Origin: Lysobacteraceae bacterium | GTDB taxonomy: Bacteria; Pseudomonadota; Gammaproteobacteria; Xanthomonadales; Xanthomonadaceae | NCBI GenBank assembly: GCA_026005075.1 | Contig: BPKJ01000009.1 | Location: 3,435-67,434 of the forward strand | DNA: 64,000 bases | Direction of reading: 5' to 3' | Part shown: positions 59,616-64,000 of the stretch, piece by piece | How the letters are laid out: the number at the start of each line of letters is the position of its first letter | Position numbering within the stretch: the stretch's first letter is position 1 | Notes under the pieces: model-generated | What the model was told of the DNA's origin: nothing | Databases searched by the model: none | The model's input: the letters and a program-made list of their open reading frames with translations, nothing else | Position numbers and translations under genes: made by a program

Positions 59616-60930
59616 GCCGGGCTGGCGGGAGGTGGTCGCTGCGCTCGGGCGGCCCAAGGTGGTGATCATGGCCGCGCTCGGGCTGGCCTCGGGCCTGCCC
59701 TTCATGCTGGTCGGCAACACCCTTGGCTACTGGCTTCGCGAGGCCGGCGCGGACCTGGCGACGATCGGTTTTCTGTCCTGGGTGGGGCTCGCCTATTCGG
59801 CCAAGCTGCTCTGGGCTCCGGTCGTCGATCGGGTCGATGCGCCGTGGCTGGGGCGTGCGCTGGGAAGGCGACGGGGCTGGATCGTGCTGGCTCAGCTCGT
59901 CGTCGCCGTGGCGCTTTCCGGCATGGCCTGGCTGGGACCCGAAGCCGGGTTGACCGCGTTCGCGGCGCTGGCTCTGCTCGCGGCGTTCGCTTCCGCGACC
60001 CAGGACATCGTCGTCGACGCGTGGCGGATCGAGAGTGCCGACGGCGGGGAGGAGCTCGCGCTGCTCAGCGCCGCCTACCAGCTCGGTTACCGGTTCGCCC
60101 TGCTGCTCACCGACGCCTTGATCCTGATCCTCGCGGCAAGGCTGGGCTGGTCGGTCTCCTACGCCGCGATGGCGGCGCTGATGCTGGTGGGGCTGGCCGC
60201 GGCCATGGCCGCTGCGGAGCCGGCGCGGCCTGCGCTGGCGCAGGGCCCGGTGCGCTGGGACGCACGCGGCCTGGGCGCGGCCATCCTCGGGCCGTTCGTG
60301 GATTTCTTCCGTCGCCATCGGCGCTGGGCGGTGCTGATGCTGGTGACCATCAGCCTGTACCGCCTTGCCGATTTCGTGATGGGCCCGATGGCCAATCCGA
60401 TGTACGCCGACCTTGGCCTGGACAAGGAACTGGTCGGATCGGTCCGGGCCACCGTGGGCCTTGGTGCGACCCTGCTCGGGACGGCTGCCGCAGGCCTGTT
60501 CGCGCTGAGACTGGGCCTGCTGCCGACCCTGCTCGCGGGCGCGGTGCTCGGGCCAGCTTCCAATCTCGGCTATGCCTGGCTCGCGCTCAGCGGCCCGTCG
60601 GTGCCGGTGTTCGTGGCCGCCATGCTGATCGACAACTTCTCTGCGGGCTTTGCCGGAATCGCGCTGATCGCCTACATGTCGAGCCTGACCAGCGTCGGCT
60701 ACACCGCCACCCAGTACGCCCTGCTGAGTTCCTTCTATGCGCTGGTCGGCAAGCTGGGCAAGGGCTTCTCGGGCTGGATGGTGGAGGCGCTGGCCCACGG
60801 GCGCAGCCTTGGCGAGGCGTACGCGCTGTTCTTCGTCGCCACGGCCCTGATCGGTCTGCCCGCGGTGCTGGCCTGCCTTGCCCTGATCCTTTGGCGTCCC
60901 CCGGCTGGAGAGGATCAGGACGACGGGTAG
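59602..60930 (+). CDS. ampG: AmpG-family muropeptide MFS transporter
   Basis: [41 protein letters not shown]; adjacent to anmK. Confidence 0.88.
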   Translation: MRPARPGWREVVAALGRPKVVIMAALGLASGLPFMLVGNTLGYWLREAGADLATIGFLSWVGLAYSAKLLWAPVVDRVDAPWLGRALGRRRGWIVLAQLVVAVALSGMAWLGPEAGLTAFAALALLAAFASATQDIVVDAWRIESADGGEELALLSAAYQLGYRFALLLTDALILILAARLGWSVSYAAMAALMLVGLAAAMAAAEPARPALAQGPVRWDARGLGAAILGPFVDFFRRHRRWAVLMLVTISLYRLADFVMGPMANPMYADLGLDKELVGSVRATVGLGATLLGTAAAGLFALRLGLLPTLLAGAVLGPASNLGYAWLALSGPSVPVFVAAMLIDNFSAGFAGIALIAYMSSLTSVGYTATQYALLSSFYALVGKLGKGFSGWMVEALAHGRSLGEAYALFFVATALIGLPAVLACLALILWRPPAGEDQDDG

Positions 60931-62033
60931 ATGCCGCCCAGCACCCTCGGACCGCGGGCGCCGGTCACCTCCGGCAGGTTGCCCGCCTCGCCACGCAGGG
61001 TGGCACGGGCCAGCCAGGCAAAGCCCATCGCCTCGACCAGGTCCGGATCGACGCCGAGGGTGGCGGTGGACTGCACCCGGACACCCGGGAGCCGCGATTC
61101 GAGTGCGGCCAGCATGGCGCGGTTGTGCACGCCGCCGCCGCATACCAGAACGCGGTGCGGGCGCGCCGCGGCCTCCTCCAGCCCGCGGATCACGCTCTCC
61201 ACGGTGAGTGCCAGCAAGGTCGCCTGGACGCGATCCGGGGCCAGCGCCGCAAGCCGCTCCCCGGCGGTCTTCCGCAGCCAGTCGAGATTGAAATGCTCGC
61301 GCCCGGTGCTGCGCGGGCCGCGCGTGGCAAACCAGGGATCGGCGAGGAGACGTGCGAGCAGGTGCGGATCCGGGGAGGCGCTCGCAGCGAAGGCGCCTTC
61401 CGCGTCGTAGCGGCCGCCGCGGTGGAGCGCGTGCCAGGCGTCGAGCAGGCAGTTGGCCGGGCCGGTGTCGAAGCCGCGGACCGGGCCGCCTCGCGGCAGC
61501 AGGGTGAGGTTGGCGATTCCGCCAAGGTTGAGGACCGCGCGGTCCTCGTCCTCGGCGGCCAGCAGGGCCGCATGCAGGGCCGGAAGCAGGGGCGCGCCCT
61601 GACCCCCGGCGGCGAGGTCGCGACGGCGAAAGTCCGCCACCACCGTGCAGCCGGTGCGCTCGGCTATCAGCGAGGGATCGCCGATCTGCCAGGTGAACGG
61701 ATGCGGGCCCTGCGGACGGTGCCGCAGGGTCTGACCGTGGCTGCCGATCGCGGCGACCTCGGCGGGGCGGACCCCCGCCTTGGCGATGAGCGCGAGCGCG
61801 GCCTCGGCCAGCAAGGTGCCGACCTGATGGTCCAGCTCGCCCAACCGGTCGAGCGCAGCGGCGGCCTCGCCTTGGCTCAGCTCGAGGATGCAGTCCCGGA
61901 CCGGCTCGGGATAGGGCAGGGTCAGACCGGCCAGAAGTGCGGGCCGCGGTTCGAAGGTGCAGAGCGCGGCATCGATCCCATCCGCGCTGGTGCCGGAGAT
62001 CAGGCCGAGGTACAGGGGTCCTGAGGGACTCAC
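60915..62033 (-). CDS. anmK: Anhydro-N-acetylmuramic acid kinase
   Basis: [56 protein letters not shown]. Confidence 0.95.
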   Translation of the reverse strand: MSPSGPLYLGLISGTSADGIDAALCTFEPRPALLAGLTLPYPEPVRDCILELSQGEAAAALDRLGELDHQVGTLLAEAALALIAKAGVRPAEVAAIGSHGQTLRHRPQGPHPFTWQIGDPSLIAERTGCTVVADFRRRDLAAGGQGAPLLPALHAALLAAEDEDRAVLNLGGIANLTLLPRGGPVRGFDTGPANCLLDAWHALHRGGRYDAEGAFAASASPDPHLLARLLADPWFATRGPRSTGREHFNLDWLRKTAGERLAALAPDRVQATLLALTVESVIRGLEEAAARPHRVLVCGGGVHNRAMLAALESRLPGVRVQSTATLGVDPDLVEAMGFAWLARATLRGEAGNLPEVTGARGPRVLGGIYPSS

Positions 62034-63469
62034 GGACGCAGGGCGAGCCTGGCGTTGTCCTCGTGCAGCTTCAGCTGCGCGAGCAGGGGCTCCTGCTGCA
62101 GCCGGAAGCGTGCCATCTCCGTGGGCGGCAACGGTTGCGGCTTGGGCAGCGTCACCTTGAGCGGATCCCGGTGCACGCCTGCGATGCGGAACTCGTAGTG
62201 CAGATGCGGGCCACTGGCGAGGCCCGAGGCGCCGACGTAGCCGATCACGTCGCCCTGGCGGACCCGCGCACCGACCCGCTTGCCACCCAGTTTCGACATG
62301 TGCGCATAGAGGGTGGTGATGCGGTTGCCGTGGTCGATGATCACCGTGCGGCCGTAACCGTTCTTCCAGCCGGCGAAGACGATCCTGCCGTCGCCCGCCG
62401 CCATGATCGGGGTCCCGGTGCGGGCGGCGTAGTCCACGCCCCGGTGTGCCCTGGTGATCCCCAGCACCGGGTGCTTGCGCGCCGTGCTGAAGCGCGAACT
62501 GATCCGGGCAAAGTCGATCGGCATGCGCAGGAAGCTCTTCTTCATCGGCCTGCCCTCGGCGTCGTAGTACTCGCGCCGGCCGTCCGCGAACACGTAGCGG
62601 AACACCTGGTAGCGGCGTCCCTGGTTGATGAACGTGGCCGCGAGGATGTCACCCGCCCGGAGCCGGTCGCCGTCCCGCCAGATCTCCTCGTACATCACGT
62701 GGAACGTGTCGCCGACCCGAAGGTCCTGCGCGAAGTCGATGTCGTAGCCGAAGGCCTTGGCCAGCTCCAGCGTGGTCGCAGCACTCATGCCCGCGGCCTG
62801 CGCAGCGCCGAACAGCGAATCGGTGATCCGGCCCGATGCCACCAAGATCCGGTGCTGCAGCGGTCGATCCTCGATCTCGGTGCGGATCCCCTCGCCGTCG
62901 ATCGTCAGCACGACCCGGGTGGATTCATCGCGCTCCAGGCGCAAGGCGCGCAGTTCGCCGTCGTCGTCGAGATCGAAGTCGATGGCCTGGCCGGGGCGAA
63001 TGCGGGTCAGCGCCTCGCGCATGCCTTCCACCTGGAGCAGCCGGTGCAGCAATGCGGCCGAAAGGCCCTGCTGGGCGAACAGATCGGCCATGTTCTGCCC
63101 GGACTGGACGATCACCCGGGTCCAGGCCCGCTGCGGGCCACGTGGCTCGGCGCGCACCGTGGCGACCGGGTCCGGCAGCTCGAGCGGGATCTCGACCCAG
63201 TCCTGCGCCAGCGGGGCCGCCGGAGGCGTGGTCGAGAAGTCCGAGAAACCGGGCGCCATCGAGGTCACCAGCAGCAGCACGGCCCCGAGGCAGCCGGCGA
63301 GCACCCAGTGCTCGTGCTCCCCGACCGGTCCCGGCAGGCGCCGCCGCAGGCGGTCGACCGCGGCAGAAAGACGGGCTCGGAGGGCGGCCAGCAAGGAGGG
63401 TTCGCGCACGGAGGGATGCCGGAAAGGGAAGGCGCCGCTACGATAAGCAGCTTCCCCCGCGGCGGTCAA
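62030..63469 (-). CDS. M23-family peptidoglycan endopeptidase (OapA/MepM-like); start uncertain
   Basis: [29 protein letters not shown] zinc motifs; N-terminal TM. Confidence 0.9.
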   Translation of the reverse strand: MTAAGEAAYRSGAFPFRHPSVREPSLLAALRARLSAAVDRLRRRLPGPVGEHEHWVLAGCLGAVLLLVTSMAPGFSDFSTTPPAAPLAQDWVEIPLELPDPVATVRAEPRGPQRAWTRVIVQSGQNMADLFAQQGLSAALLHRLLQVEGMREALTRIRPGQAIDFDLDDDGELRALRLERDESTRVVLTIDGEGIRTEIEDRPLQHRILVASGRITDSLFGAAQAAGMSAATTLELAKAFGYDIDFAQDLRVGDTFHVMYEEIWRDGDRLRAGDILAATFINQGRRYQVFRYVFADGRREYYDAEGRPMKKSFLRMPIDFARISSRFSTARKHPVLGITRAHRGVDYAARTGTPIMAAGDGRIVFAGWKNGYGRTVIIDHGNRITTLYAHMSKLGGKRVGARVRQGDVIGYVGASGLASGPHLHYEFRIAGVHRDPLKVTLPKPQPLPPTEMARFRLQQEPLLAQLKLHEDNARLALRP

Positions 63470-63568
63470 ACCCTTGTTCCGTCTGGATTTTTCGGCCTGC
63501 CGCGTTTAACGTCGCATTAACTTCCAGGGCCCGGCCCGACACTTCGGCGGGCCGCATCGAGGATCCCC

Positions 63569-64000
63569 ATGTCCCACTCCAAGATCGAAGAATCCATCGC
63601 CCTGATCCAGCGCGGTGCCGATGAGGTCCTCAAGCTCGACGAGCTCGTCCGGCGCCTCGAACAGGGGCGTCCGTTGCGGGTCAAGGCAGGCTTCGACCCG
63701 ACCGCACCTGACCTGCACCTCGGCCACACGGTGCTGCTCAACAAGATGCGCCAGTTCCAGGATCTCGGCCACACGGTGATCTTCCTGATCGGCGATTTCA
63801 CCGGGATGATCGGCGACCCGACCGGCAAGAGCGTCACCCGCAAGCCGCTCAGCCGCGAGGAGGTCCAGCAGAACGCCCGCACCTATGCCGAACAGGTGTT
63901 CAAGGTCCTCGACCCCGAGCGCACCGAGATCTGCTTCAACAGCGAGTGGTTCGACCGGATGGGGGCCGCGGACATGATCCGGCTCGCGGCGCAGCACACG
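63569..64000 (+). CDS. tyrS: Tyrosyl-tRNA synthetase (3' truncated by window)
   Basis: [15 protein letters not shown] (HIGH), [14 protein letters not shown]. Confidence 0.96.
   Translation, partial: MSHSKIEESIALIQRGADEVLKLDELVRRLEQGRPLRVKAGFDPTAPDLHLGHTVLLNKMRQFQDLGHTVIFLIGDFTGMIGDPTGKSVTRKPLSREEVQQNARTYAEQVFKVLDPERTEICFNSEWFDRMGAADMIRLAAQHT

Noticed and set aside
59602-63469. ampG-anmK-M23 cluster as a novel system
   Set aside because: Ordinary peptidoglycan turnover and recycling genes in a familiar gammaproteobacterial arrangement.
399-63997. Many long Arg/Ala/Gly/Pro-rich ORFs on opposite strands or alternative frames (e.g. 1320-3938, 24344-28270, 30873-34934, 46262-49501)
   Set aside because: Shadow ORFs expected from stop-codon scarcity at very high GC. 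They have no recognisable motifs and overlap confidently identified genes.

Overview
Very GC-rich bacterial chromosome segment. Gene order (mlaFEDCBA, rhodanese-secB-gpsA, speE/speA, radC-coaBC-dut-PMM, pyrE-xth-ampG-anmK-M23-tyrS) and protein styles point to a Xanthomonadales/Lysobacterales gammaproteobacterium (inference). About 50 real CDS are present; most long ORFs in the supplied track are GC-rich shadow frames. I found no rRNA, tRNA, CRISPR array or transposase. Four genes carry single-base frameshifts (DUF349 ~3258, SNF2 ~5708, GGDEF-EAL ~36249, exbB ~44123), probably assembly errors. The best candidate for an undescribed system is a compact four-gene module at 20642-25483: ECF sigma + single-pass anti-sigma, facing a signal-peptide-bearing TPR-CHAT (caspase-like) protease and a small secreted acidic peptide precursor. 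It looks like a peptide-triggered proteolytic trans-envelope signalling circuit. Second is a TtpC/TonB2-type energiser + TonB-dependent receptor + secreted beta-helix protein locus (41383-51303), whose two promoters share a 16/17-identical Pho-box-like motif. Also notable: a TPR pseudo-histidine kinase, an orphan gene with an internal duplication, and an uncharacterised HD-domain protein.
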